In this document: in pieces, positions 54,008 to 63,818 of the stretch | How the letters are laid out: the number at the start of each line of letters is the position of its first letter | Numbering within the stretch: the first letter of the stretch is position 1 | NCBI GenBank assembly: GCA_043799545.1 | Contig: JAZDNO010000026.1 | Location: 1-64,000 of the forward strand | Direction of reading: 5' to 3' | DNA from: Methanobacteriota archaeon | Lineage (GTDB): Archaea; Thermoplasmatota; Thermoplasmata; SG8-5; DAIRED01 | DNA length: 64,000 nt | Program-made: the position numbers and the translations under genes | The notes under the pieces: generated by a model | What the model was told of the DNA's origin: nothing | The model's database searches: none | What the model saw: the letters and a program-made list of their open reading frames with translations, nothing else

Positions 54008-57007
54008 ATGCAGTTCGAACCAGGGGATCAACCGATGACCAAAAGGAAGTCTAGCGGGAAGGCTGCGGCAACGAATGGCAAGAGAATGGAGGTTCAACCG
54101 CCCGCGCCGGATGAGCGGGGCTTTCCAATAGTCGGCATCGGTGCCTCGGCCGGAGGGTTGGCGGCGTTCGAGGCTTTCTTTTCCGGGATGCTGGCGGACG
54201 CCGAGCCAGGCATGGCGTTCATTCTCGTCCAGCATCTTGCCCCAAACCATAAAAGCATCCTCACTGAACTGGTCAAGAGATACACCAGGATGCAGGTCTT
54301 CGAGGTCGAGGACGGGATGGAGGTGAAGCAAAACTGCGCTTACATAATCCCCCCGAACAAGGACATGGCGTTCCTGAACGGCACTCTGCAGCTCCTGGAG
54401 CCAACGCTGCCCCGCGGCCATCACCTGCCCATCGATTTCTTCTTCCGCTCCCTAGCTCAAGACTTGCGCGAGAGGGCGATTTGCATAGTGCTTTCAGGCA
54501 CGGGGAGCGACGGCACTCTCGGCCTCAGGGCGGTGAAAGGAGAGGGGGGGATGGCGATGGCCCAGAACCCCGAATCGACCCAGTACGACGGGATGCCCCG
54601 CAGCGCGATCGGCACAGGCCTGGTCGATTTCGTCCTGCCTCCCGCGGAGATGCCGGCCCAGCTTCTTTCGTACGCCGCGCACGCATTCGACAAGAGGCCT
54701 CTTCCGGCCTCGCCCCGGGCCCCGAAGGCCGAAGATGCGATGAAGAAGATATTCGTCCTGCTCCGCAACCAAACCGCCCACGATTTCTCCCTGTACAAGC
54801 AGAACACCATCGTCCGCCGGATCGAGCGCCGCATGGCTGTCCACCAGATTCCGAACATCGACGGCTACGTGAAATACCTGCAGAAGAACCCCGACGAAAC
54901 CGAGGCGCTGTTCCGAGACCTGCTCATCGGCGTGACGAACTTCTTCCGCGACCCGGAAGCCTTCAAGGCGATGGAGGAGCAAGCGATTCCCAAGATATTT
55001 GACAGGAAAGTTTCCGGCACAGCCGTGAGGGTTTGGGTCCCAGGATGCTCCACGGGCGAGGAGGCTTACTCCATCGCCATCCTCCTCCAGGAGCGCCTCG
55101 ACAAGCTGCATCAGAATTTCAAAACCGTCATCTTCGCCACGGACATCGACCAGGCTGCGATAGATGTTGCCAGGTCCGGATTATACCCGGCCAGCATCTC
55201 GAACGACGTAACGCCGGAACGGCTCGCGCGGTTCTTTACACCCGAATCGGACGGCGCGGCCTACCGGGTCAACAAGAACTTGCGGGACATGCTGGTGTTT
55301 TCAGTCCACGACGTCATCCAGCAACCCCCTTTCTCCAAGCTCGACATGATAAGCTGCCGGAACATGATGATATACATGGGTGGGGAGCTGCAGAAGAAGC
55401 TCATCCCGCTCTTCCACTACGCGCTCAATCCGGGAGGTTTCCTCTTCCTCGGCTCGTCCGAGACTGTCGGGGATTGCACGGATCTGTTCTCCGCGGCGGA
55501 CCGCAAGTCGAAGCTCTACAATAGCAGGAACGACATGCCGCACGCGCACAATCTGGCAATCGTGAAGCCGCTGCCGCGCCTTGCCGAGCCGCCGCTGGGA
55601 ATCGAAGCGAGAGCGCCTTCGGACGGAAGGCTCCGGCTGCGCGAGTTCACGGAGCGGGCGCTCTTGCAGCAATACTCGCCCGTCGGGGCGCTAGTCGACG
55701 AGCGCGGCGACATCCTCTTCCTCTACGGCAGGACCGGCCAGTACCTGGAACCTGAGCCAGGCGAAGCGAGGATGAACATCCTGAAGATGGGCCGGGAGGG
55801 GCTGCGGCACGAGCTGACCAACGCCCTCCACAGGGCCGCGTCCCACAGCGAGCCCGTATTGAGGAGGGGGCTCAAGGTGAAGACCAACGGCGGCTTCACG
55901 AACGTCAACCTCACTGTCAGGCCGGTGAAGCCATCGCCCGATGTGGCGTCCGAGACAAAACTTTTCCTCGTCATCCTGGAGGAGGCGCCAGATGAGCCAA
56001 TACCGGGGAAGGCTAGGGCGCGCGGCTCAGGTCGCCGTAGCGACAAAGATGCAGACGCGCAAATCGCCAAGCTGAAACTCGAGCTGCGCGGGAAGGACGA
56101 GTACCTCCAGACCGTCAACGAGGAGCTGAAATCTTCCAACGAGGAGCTGCAGTCGATAAACGAGGAGCTGCAATCCACCAACGAGGAGCTGGAGACCTCG
56201 AAGGAGGAGCTCCAGTCGACAAACGAGGAGCTCGCCACGGTCAACACGGAGCTTCAGAACAAGGTGTCGGATTTGACGCGGGCCTCGAACGACCTTAGCA
56301 ACCTGCTGGCCAGTACGGGCATAGGCACGATATTCGTAGACCACAACCTCCTGATACAGCGTTTCACGCCCTCGGTGACGCAGGTCATCAACCTTATTTC
56401 GACCGACATCGGGCGGCCCGTGGGCCACATAGTCTCAAACCTCATCGGCTACGACAGCCTCGTCGAGGACGTCAAAGCCGTTCTGGACACGTTGGCTCCT
56501 AGAGAGGCGGAGGTGCAGAACAAGAGCGGAACGTGGTTCCTGCTCCGAATCCAACCGTACCGCACGGTCGAGAACGTCATCGAGGGGGCTGTGATAACAT
56601 TCACTGAAATCACCGAGAACAAGATAGCTCAGGCCAAGCTGCGCGACTCCGAGGCACTGCTGCGTCTGGCGGCGGTCGGTCGGGATTCGCGCGACGCCAT
56701 GGTCGTGCAGGACTTGGAGGGGCGGATAATCGCATGGAACCCCGCCGCTTCCAGGATGTACGGCTGGAGCGAGAAGGAAGCGCTGGCGATGAACATTTCC
56801 GATTTGACCCCGGTCGCGCTGCGTGAGGAGTCGCTAGCCACCGCCCGCAGGCTGGCGCGCGGCGATACCATCGAACCCTGCTCGACGCAGCGCATAGCCA
56901 AGGGCGGAAGGAGCGTCTCCGTTCGGGTGATTGCGACGGCGCTGGTAGACGGCCAAGGCAATGCATACGCCATCGCGACGACGGAGCGGAAAGCGGGCAA
57001 CGAATAG
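54008..57007 (+). CDS. CheB-CheR fusion with coiled coil and PAS domains
   Basis: CheB: IVGIGASAGG, VQHL, PIDFFF, VLSGTGSDG. CheR: IGVTNFFRD, RVWVPGCSTGEEAYS, FATDID, ISCRN. (EEL.S.N)n coiled coil and two PAS domains. Start may be ATG 54035. Confidence 0.93.
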   Translation: MQFEPGDQPMTKRKSSGKAAATNGKRMEVQPPAPDERGFPIVGIGASAGGLAAFEAFFSGMLADAEPGMAFILVQHLAPNHKSILTELVKRYTRMQVFEVEDGMEVKQNCAYIIPPNKDMAFLNGTLQLLEPTLPRGHHLPIDFFFRSLAQDLRERAICIVLSGTGSDGTLGLRAVKGEGGMAMAQNPESTQYDGMPRSAIGTGLVDFVLPPAEMPAQLLSYAAHAFDKRPLPASPRAPKAEDAMKKIFVLLRNQTAHDFSLYKQNTIVRRIERRMAVHQIPNIDGYVKYLQKNPDETEALFRDLLIGVTNFFRDPEAFKAMEEQAIPKIFDRKVSGTAVRVWVPGCSTGEEAYSIAILLQERLDKLHQNFKTVIFATDIDQAAIDVARSGLYPASISNDVTPERLARFFTPESDGAAYRVNKNLRDMLVFSVHDVIQQPPFSKLDMISCRNMMIYMGGELQKKLIPLFHYALNPGGFLFLGSSETVGDCTDLFSAADRKSKLYNSRNDMPHAHNLAIVKPLPRLAEPPLGIEARAPSDGRLRLREFTERALLQQYSPVGALVDERGDILFLYGRTGQYLEPEPGEARMNILKMGREGLRHELTNALHRAASHSEPVLRRGLKVKTNGGFTNVNLTVRPVKPSPDVASETKLFLVILEEAPDEPIPGKARARGSGRRSDKDADAQIAKLKLELRGKDEYLQTVNEELKSSNEELQSINEELQSTNEELETSKEELQSTNEELATVNTELQNKVSDLTRASNDLSNLLASTGIGTIFVDHNLLIQRFTPSVTQVINLISTDIGRPVGHIVSNLIGYDSLVEDVKAVLDTLAPREAEVQNKSGTWFLLRIQPYRTVENVIEGAVITFTEITENKIAQAKLRDSEALLRLAAVGRDSRDAMVVQDLEGRIIAWNPAASRMYGWSEKEALAMNISDLTPVALREESLATARRLARGDTIEPCSTQRIAKGGRSVSVRVIATALVDGQGNAYAIATTERKAGNE

Positions 57008-57012
57008 TCATC

Positions 57013-59526
57013 ATGACCGAAAGCAAGAAAAAACCCAACGGGCAAGGCGCCAACGACGCCGCGGATGCAGCCCGGCGGAAGAAGGCCGAAGATGCCTGCA
57101 GGGCGGGCGCCGGCGAGATTCCCGAAGAAGTGAGCGGGCTGGAACCGGACGAAGCCCGGAGAATCCTCCACGAGCTCCGGGTCCACCAAATCGAGCTGGA
57201 GATGCAGAACGAGGAGCTAAGGCAGGCGCAGGAGAACCTGGAAGCTTCGCAGGCGAGGTATTTCGACCTCTACGACTTGGCCCCGGTCGGATACCTGACA
57301 ATAAGCGAGAAGGGATTGATAGTCGAGGCGAACCTCACGTTCGCCACGATGCTGGATGTGGCCAGGGGCTCGCTCCCGAAGCAACCCATCACGAAGTACA
57401 TCCTGCGGGAGGACCAGGACATCTACTACAGGCATCGCAAGGCGATGTTCGAGACGGGCGAGCCGCAATTCTGCGAGATGCGGCTCGCCGGCAGGAACGG
57501 CGCCCCTTTCTGGGCGCACATGGAAGCCAATATTGCAGAGGCCCCGGATGGAACTCCAGTATGCCGGGTCGTCGTGAGCGACATATCCGAGCGCAAGCTC
57601 AACGAGGAAGCCAGGGAATCGCTCAGCCGCTTCCCGCTCGAGAACCCGAACCCGGTCGTCCGCATCTCAGCGAAGGGCGACATACTCTTCAGCAATTCTA
57701 GCGCCACCACGCTCGTTGACGATTTCCTCGCATCCGGGAAAGACGAGATACCCGTCGAGCTGAGGGAGAGAATCGACGGGGCGCTGGCCACGGGGAAGGT
57801 CGGTTTCATGGAGTGGGTCGCGGAGGGCATAGCCTACATCCTCACCATAGCCCCGGTCCGGGAGCGCGGCTACGCAAACCTCTACGCGGTCGATGTGACG
57901 GCCAGGAAGTCCGCCGAGAAGAAGCTGAAAAACAGCATGGAGCTGTACAAGGACCTGGTCGAGAACATCAACGACGTCATCTTCTCGGTCGACGCCGAGG
58001 GCAAAATAACTTACATCAGCCCGCCTGTCAAGGCGCTGGCCGGATACGAACCGGAAGAGCTCATCGGAAAAACCGTCTTCCGATTCATACACCCCGACGA
58101 CCGCGAGAGGGTCTCGGAGAAATTCCAGCGGGCCGTCCACAGCGGCTCTGGCATTCTCGAATACCGCATCCTGACGAAGGGCGGCGAGACACGCTGGGTG
58201 AGCGGAAACAGCAGGCCGAGGATGAAGGACGGAAGGACCGTGGGGTTCCGAGGCGTTCTGCTGGATATAACAAAGCGCAATCGCGCTGAAGAAGCCCTCG
58301 CAAAAAGCGAAGCCCAGTACCGCCTCATCGCCGAGAACATGGCAGACACGATTTGGCTCATGGACCTCGACCTGAGGGTGACGTACATCAGCCCGTCTGT
58401 CGTCAAGACCAGGGGCTACACGCTCGAAGAGCTGAACGACCTCCCGCTGGATAAGCAGCTGACCGCCGAGTCGTTCGAGATGATGATGAAAGTCCTCGAA
58501 AGCGAGATGACGGCGGAGCGTCTGGCGCAGAAGGACCTTCAGGTATCCCACACGTTCGAGCTTGAGTTCTATAGAAAAGACGGCTCCACCTTCTGGTCCG
58601 AGGTCACGATAAAACTGTTGCGCGACGCGGGCGGCAGCCCCACGAGCATGCTCGGGGTCGGAAGGGACATAACAGAGCGTAAGCTGGCAAGGGAGGCGCT
58701 GGTCGCGAGCGAGGCGAAGCTCAGGGGAATCACGGACAGCATGTTAGACATGGTATGCACAGTGGACCCAACTGGCATCATCACATACGCGAGCCCATCG
58801 TACAAGGCGTCCCTCGGATACGAGCCGCAATCGTTGATGGGGGGCTCGATATTCGACCTCGTTCACCCCGACGACCTCGACTCCGTCATGGAAGCCGTGA
58901 CCGTCACCAAGGGAACGAAATCTAGCGGCCTGATGTCGTTCAGATACCAGAAGGCTGACGGGACGTATGCCTGGCTCGAGTCGCTGGGCAACATCTTGTA
59001 CGACGGCGACGGGAACGTCTCCGGGGCAATCTTCGGCTCCAGGGACATCACCGACAGGATGAGGGCCCAGGAGGCGATGCTGAGGGAGAAGACCCTCGAA
59101 TCCAGGTACACGCTCACGAAAATCATGACCGACGTCGTGCCCGCCCTGCTGACGATGGGCAGGGGGGACAAATCCAAGGAGGAGTTCATGGGCGAGATGA
59201 TGCGGCGCCTCGAGGAGGCGTTCTTTGACAAGTACTTTCCCACCCAGGGACTGGGGCTGGAGGAGTTCGGCGCTAACATCTGCGCTTTGATGAACGACAT
59301 GGGCGGCGAATTCTCGCACCGCGCCGACTGTGGCGAACTCCACATACTCGGCGGAGGTTGCCCATGGAAAAACGACCTTACACGGAACCCGATTCTGTGC
59401 ATGATAGACCGCGGGCTAATAGAGAGGTTCGCCAATAAAGCACTGGGGAGCGTCAGCCTTAACCAGATTTCGAGCCTTGTCAATGGCGATGCCGCCTGCG
59501 AGTTCGTCACATCCAAGGTCGATTGA
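57013..59526 (+). CDS. Multi-PAS sensor with C-terminal MetOD1/V4R-like output domain (no kinase)
   Basis: LHELRVHQIELEMQNEEL; YFDLYDLAPVGY; several PAS/PAC (IHPDDRERV, FYRKDGS, VHPDDL); GGCPWK...LCMIDRG...GDAACEF tail. Confidence 0.8.
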   Translation: MTESKKKPNGQGANDAADAARRKKAEDACRAGAGEIPEEVSGLEPDEARRILHELRVHQIELEMQNEELRQAQENLEASQARYFDLYDLAPVGYLTISEKGLIVEANLTFATMLDVARGSLPKQPITKYILREDQDIYYRHRKAMFETGEPQFCEMRLAGRNGAPFWAHMEANIAEAPDGTPVCRVVVSDISERKLNEEARESLSRFPLENPNPVVRISAKGDILFSNSSATTLVDDFLASGKDEIPVELRERIDGALATGKVGFMEWVAEGIAYILTIAPVRERGYANLYAVDVTARKSAEKKLKNSMELYKDLVENINDVIFSVDAEGKITYISPPVKALAGYEPEELIGKTVFRFIHPDDRERVSEKFQRAVHSGSGILEYRILTKGGETRWVSGNSRPRMKDGRTVGFRGVLLDITKRNRAEEALAKSEAQYRLIAENMADTIWLMDLDLRVTYISPSVVKTRGYTLEELNDLPLDKQLTAESFEMMMKVLESEMTAERLAQKDLQVSHTFELEFYRKDGSTFWSEVTIKLLRDAGGSPTSMLGVGRDITERKLAREALVASEAKLRGITDSMLDMVCTVDPTGIITYASPSYKASLGYEPQSLMGGSIFDLVHPDDLDSVMEAVTVTKGTKSSGLMSFRYQKADGTYAWLESLGNILYDGDGNVSGAIFGSRDITDRMRAQEAMLREKTLESRYTLTKIMTDVVPALLTMGRGDKSKEEFMGEMMRRLEEAFFDKYFPTQGLGLEEFGANICALMNDMGGEFSHRADCGELHILGGGCPWKNDLTRNPILCMIDRGLIERFANKALGSVSLNQISSLVNGDAACEFVTSKVD

Positions 59527-59549
59527 GCCGCGCGCTTTTGCCTGACGGG

Positions 59550-60244
59550 TCACTTGGCGGCGTTGGATTTCCCCGCGCCGGTTATCTTAATGCCGTTGTC
59601 GGTGAGCTCGTAGAATATGTACGACGAAGGCACCTTCGTGCTCCTCATCTTGACTATCTCCATCACTCGCTCCCTGGAGTCCGTGAACGGGTTGTTGCGC
59701 CTGAAGAGCCGGACGACTCCGAACGACGAGTGCGTCACGGCGTTCTTCATCTCCTCCTGGACGTCCTCGTCGTACACCAGAAGCGTAGTCGAGCCGTGCT
59801 GCTTCAGCTTGTACACCAGCGAGTCCATCTGGTCCCTGAAGCGCGCCGCTTCGTAGGTGGCACCGAAGACGCTCAGGTTGTCGAGGATGATGTTGATGCC
59901 CTTCGGAGGCCGCAGCCGCTAGATGAAGTGCTGGAAGCCGTCGGGAAGCTTCGCGCCCGCGGCCCTATCCGGGAGGATTTCCACGACCGTCAGCAGCCCG
60001 TCCGCCTCGAACTTGGCGAAGTCCCAGCCGAACGTCCATGCCTGGGCGAAGATGTCATCCTTCTCCTCCTCGGTGAGAATCTGGAAGCACTTCTTGCCGC
60101 GCTCGCAGGCCGTCTTGATGAAATGCAGCGTGAGAATCGTCTTGCCCGTTCCTGCTCCGCCCATAATTAGAGTCGTGCGGTTCTTCGGGTAGCCCGATAT
60201 CAGGCTGTCCATCTCCGGAATCCCCGTAGGAACCCTCTCGACAT
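59550..60244 (-). pseudogene. KaiC-like ATPase with an in-frame TAG (59919-59921) and no in-frame canonical start
   Basis: ERVPTGIPEMDSLISG...GGAGTGKT...FQHFI-[TAG]-RLRPPKGINIILDNL...EIVKMRST. The nearest ATG (60244) is out of frame by 1 nt (ATG TC- GAG AGG GTT). Confidence 0.8.
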
Positions 60245-60397
60245 GCTTCGGCGCGATGACGTCTTTTTCTCCGTCGATTCTCGTGGTATGACCCCCCTCG
60301 CACGAATCGATTGTTCGGGACCGTATTTAATGGTTCTCATAACGTTATCATTTCTTCGGTGCGAGGCACTCAGCGGACGAAAATCACCCGAGCCATC

Positions 60398-61090
60398 TCA
60401 ACCCGTCAGCTCCTGCGCTGGAAAAACGACCACGCCCTCGGAGTTCATCTCGTAGCGCATCGTGTCCAGAGGGTGGTCCACGCCCCTGAACTTGGATATC
60501 CTTAGGCTGCGGTAGCCGCGCACGCCGACCCTCTCGACGAACAGGTTCACCACGGCGTCCACGAGATACGGCTCCACGCGGGCTCCCGCGGCGTCCTCGG
60601 AAAACTCGCCAGTCATCAGGACCGTCGCGCCCGTCAGGCGCAGCCTGGTGAAGAGGCCGTCCAGAATGCGGCGGTACGCGCCGGGCTCGACGTACTCCTT
60701 GAAAATCGTGACTGGATCTATGACTATCAGGTCGGGCTTGAGCGAGTCGAGCTGCGCCAGAATGCCTTCCAGGGTCTCCTCGAGGCTCGACCCGCGCCTC
60801 ATCTGCGCGAGCATGTCGAACGACGTGCAGTTGGCCAGGAACGCCCCGTCGTCGAAGAAGCCGAAGGCGGAGGCGTACCTGACCACGACTGAGAAAGGCT
60901 CGGTCATGGCCGAGATGTAAGCCACCTTCGACCCGCGCCGCACGAACGAGCTGGACACCTGCATCGTGAAGGTCGTCTTCCCCGTTCCCGGTGGCCCGGA
61001 AAGCAGGATGAGGGCGCCTCGTGGCGCGCCCCCGCCGAGCGCCTCGTCGAGACCGGATATGCCCAGAATTACCCTGTTCATCTCGCTCAT
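60398..61090 (-). CDS. KaiC-like (RAD55) single-domain ATPase
   Basis: RVILGISGLDEALGGG, GPPGTGKT, IVIDPVT, YLVDAVV, ISKFRG; ATGA overlap with the upstream gene. Confidence 0.9.
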   Translation of the reverse strand: MSEMNRVILGISGLDEALGGGAPRGALILLSGPPGTGKTTFTMQVSSSFVRRGSKVAYISAMTEPFSVVVRYASAFGFFDDGAFLANCTSFDMLAQMRRGSSLEETLEGILAQLDSLKPDLIVIDPVTIFKEYVEPGAYRRILDGLFTRLRLTGATVLMTGEFSEDAAGARVEPYLVDAVVNLFVERVGVRGYRSLRISKFRGVDHPLDTMRYEMNSEGVVVFPAQELTG

Positions 61091-61977
61091 GCCGGGTTCA
61101 CGCTCCACGACGGCTTGCCCGCGGGCTGCGGCGAGGGCTTCTGGACCCCTGCTGGCCTCTCGACGAGAGTCTCCATCATCGATTCGAGCGTCGCCAGCTC
61201 TCCGTCCGAGAACGATTGGGAATGCAGGCCGACTATCATCAGCCCGCCCGAGTCGTTCATGATGTCGGCGATGTCCGCCAGCAGCGCGTAGAGCTTCTGG
61301 AATCCGTTTATCACTTTCAGGTATTCGGCGCAGTCTACGAGCACTACCGAGTCGGGGTGCGATTCCAGATGCGAGCGTATGATTTTCAGCAGCGGCATCT
61401 CGTCCACAAGGTCCAAGGACCGCTCGCGCCCGTCGGCCATCCCGCCCGAAGTTTCAGACGAAGGCCAGAACAATCTGCTGAGCTGCTTCCGCACCATGAC
61501 TATCTTGACCTCGCTGATGTCGAAGCCCAGGATTTCCGGGCGAGCCCTCCTCGTCAGCACGAGCCCGTGCTTGCCGTCCAGGACGCGCTCGATGAAAATC
61601 GACGTGGCCGCGTCCGGAGCCTCGTCCGCATAAACCAGATAGGAATCTCCCGGCAGAGAGTTTTTCAGGGCTTCCCCGCCCTTCGTAGATGTGCCCTTCC
61701 AGCCCTCGTACCACATGGCAAGCTTCTGCCCGAGCGCGGGCTCCAGGGCTTCCGTGAGCTTCCTGGCTATCACGCGCTCCTCGACGCCGGCCTTCTCCGA
61801 TGTGGCGGATATCAAAGACTTCAGGCGCTCCGGCCCCGTGTCGATGACCGAGGCCATCACAGATTCCGCGACCCTCTCGCCGAGCCAGACGCGCATCCGG
61901 CGCGCGAGCGCCGCCTCGACCTCTTCGTAATCTAGCATCCCGTTCATCTGGAAGTTCCCGGCCATGGACCAGTTCAT
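61087..61977 (-). CDS. DUF835 domain protein with helical N-terminal extension
   Basis: HGLVLTRRARP, SVVLVDCAEYLKVINGF, LADIAD; start uncertain (61977 or 61947). Confidence 0.78.
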   Translation of the reverse strand: MNWSMAGNFQMNGMLDYEEVEAALARRMRVWLGERVAESVMASVIDTGPERLKSLISATSEKAGVEERVIARKLTEALEPALGQKLAMWYEGWKGTSTKGGEALKNSLPGDSYLVYADEAPDAATSIFIERVLDGKHGLVLTRRARPEILGFDISEVKIVMVRKQLSRLFWPSSETSGGMADGRERSLDLVDEMPLLKIIRSHLESHPDSVVLVDCAEYLKVINGFQKLYALLADIADIMNDSGGLMIVGLHSQSFSDGELATLESMMETLVERPAGVQKPSPQPAGKPSWSVNPA

Positions 61978-62023
61978 GGTTTGCGATATGAATAACGTAG
62001 CGGTCTGGGTATCACGATTGAGA

Positions 62024-62782
62024 CTATCTGCGCACCGGTCCGTTCGGCATAATTTTAAGGCCGCTGGCATCGACGCTGTAACGTCCTGTGGCGGGAGCCC
62101 TCGACGGCGTCGTGACCTTGATCGTGCTCGTGGCGCTCTCCATCCTTATCACGACGTCCGCGAGCTCCATGAGTATGCCGCGGTCCTTCTCCTGGCACAG
62201 GTCCGTGCTCAGGACGGCGATGGCCGAGCCCTTGAACGAGCGCACCTTGGCCTTGATGAAGAACAGGAAGCGGTAGATGGCCTGGATTGGCAGGTACATC
62301 ATCATCGTGTCGACGGACTCGACGACGGCGCGCTGCTGGACCACACCAGAAGCGAAAAGGTTCGACATCGCCGTCACGGTCAGATGGCTGAGCTTCGGGA
62401 GGTCGGAGACAGACGAGACGTACTGAATCGTCTCGGTGTCGCGCACCTGCGGGTCGGCGAGAGCGGAATACGCGTCCACGATGCTGAGGCGCTTGCCCGC
62501 GTCCAGCGCCCCCGCGCCCACAAGCTCCTGTGCGAGGTTATCGCCGAACTCCTTGGTGCTGAGGTAGACGCAGCCGTCGCCGGAGGCGAGGCCTTTTGCG
62601 GCGTACTCCAGCGCGAGGGCGTGGACCGCGCTCATCGGGTCGCCGTCGAGAATCACGAAAGCGCCGGGGGGAAGACCGCCGTCGAGGAGGGTGTCGAGGC
62701 CTGCAATTCCAGTCGGAACCTTGGGGAGAATGCCCAATTTATAAACCCCCGGGCTTCGTGTCTTTACCAAATGGCCTGACAT
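62024..62782 (-). CDS. KaiC-like protein with degenerate Walker A
   Basis: KVPTGIAGLDTLLDGGLP; GDPMSAVH replaces GxxGxGKT; VVESVD; LADVVIRM. Confidence 0.8.
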   Translation of the reverse strand: MSGHLVKTRSPGVYKLGILPKVPTGIAGLDTLLDGGLPPGAFVILDGDPMSAVHALALEYAAKGLASGDGCVYLSTKEFGDNLAQELVGAGALDAGKRLSIVDAYSALADPQVRDTETIQYVSSVSDLPKLSHLTVTAMSNLFASGVVQQRAVVESVDTMMMYLPIQAIYRFLFFIKAKVRSFKGSAIAVLSTDLCQEKDRGILMELADVVIRMESATSTIKVTTPSRAPATGRYSVDASGLKIMPNGPVRR

Positions 62783-63098
62783 TTCCTTCGTGGGATGATG
62801 TTAATATCTTGGCTGAAGTATATGTGAAAGCAACGTAAAAAAGCACGCCTATGAACAGAGCCAAGAGTAGTATCCCTGCATCACCCGTCGAGATGTTAAG
62901 GATAAAGGCAATCGCCAGAATAATGTCGAAAAGAGCGAATAAATAAAGCGAAATTGTTCCCTCGCGCCTTAAAAAATATTGCGAAGCAGAAAAGACCGGG
63001 TCTGCGATGAATTTTTTCCTTATGTCGTTTAAATAAAACGTTCCGACAGTCATCAATATGAAGACAGCCAGCGATAACAAAACCAGCGGAATCTGCAA
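62739..63098 (-). CDS. Small 3-TM membrane protein (low GC)
   Basis: Three hydrophobic segments; operonic with the KaiC-like and Roadblock genes. Confidence 0.6.
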   Translation of the reverse strand: MQIPLVLLSLAVFILMTVGTFYLNDIRKKFIADPVFSASQYFLRREGTISLYLFALFDIILAIAFILNISTGDAGILLLALFIGVLFYVAFTYTSAKILTSSHEGNVRPFGKDTKPGGL

Positions 63099-63434
63099 TC
63101 AATCACCCCTGACAATAAAATATAGTCTGACGACTACATAAGACATGCATATGAAACCTGCAGTTATGAAAGCCGTGACAATATAATCGAGTATGACTGA
63201 TTGATGAACATGATATAAGACGTAGAAACCGGCGGCTATCACTGCGGACACGCCGAGTCCCCAAAATAGAACCGAGAATAGTATTCCAACCTCCTTTGCC
63301 TTGAGGAATAAAAAACCCCCGGCTATCTGCCTGTCTTGCAATAAATAAATCGTTCCAAAGGCGAAAATTGCAGAAACTAGAGCGGATGAGATGTATATTG
63401 TGTTCTCGATGTAAAAACGGAGGTCCGTCATCAT
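63099..63434 (-). CDS. Small 3-TM membrane protein (low GC)
   Basis: Three hydrophobic segments; similar layout to its neighbour (FL..K/R.E..I/G motif). Confidence 0.65.
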   Translation of the reverse strand: MMTDLRFYIENTIYISSALVSAIFAFGTIYLLQDRQIAGGFLFLKAKEVGILFSVLFWGLGVSAVIAAGFYVLYHVHQSVILDYIVTAFITAGFICMSYVVVRLYFIVRGD

Positions 63435-63440
63435 GCAACC

Positions 63441-63818
63441 TCAACCATCCAGTATCCCCTTGACCTGGCTCGCCTGCTCCTCCATCTCCAGCAGCAGCAT
63501 GCCGAGGTTGACCGAATTCTCGGCTGTGCACACTATCAGCGCTTTCGGGCCAGCGCCCATCGCTACGATTGTGGCGTGCTCGACCTCGGCGATCACGCGC
63601 CTGACGCTGCCCTTGTTCAGCGTGGTTCCAGTCGTCTCCACGGCACCCATCATCGTCGCCGTCATCGCCCCCAGGCGCCTCTCGTCGATGTCCCTCGGCA
63701 GCTCCGACGCTATCAACAATCCGTTCCTGGCAACAATCGCTGCGCCTGTGACCCCGCCCACGGCAGTCACCTTCTTCAAAGCCAATGTCAGCCTATCGCT
63801 TTTTGTCTCGGTCATCAT
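63441..63818 (-). CDS. Roadblock/LC7 (MglB-like) protein
   Basis: GVTGAAIVARNGLLIAS, LGAMTATMMGA, VNLGMLL. Confidence 0.92.
   Translation of the reverse strand: MMTETKSDRLTLALKKVTAVGGVTGAAIVARNGLLIASELPRDIDERRLGAMTATMMGAVETTGTTLNKGSVRRVIAEVEHATIVAMGAGPKALIVCTAENSVNLGMLLLEMEEQASQVKGILDG

Noticed and set aside
56110-56260. 21-bp periodic repeats (AACGAGGAGCT...)
   Set aside because: Heptad coiled-coil coding repeats typical of CheB-CheR fusions; no unique spacers.
13955-59921. Genome-wide amber recoding (pyrrolysine or Gln) suggested by two in-frame TAGs
   Set aside because: By my count about 18 intact genes here end in TAG, several abutting or overlapping the next gene, so TAG is a routine stop. 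No pyl genes are in the window, and the KaiC copy has a second lesion.
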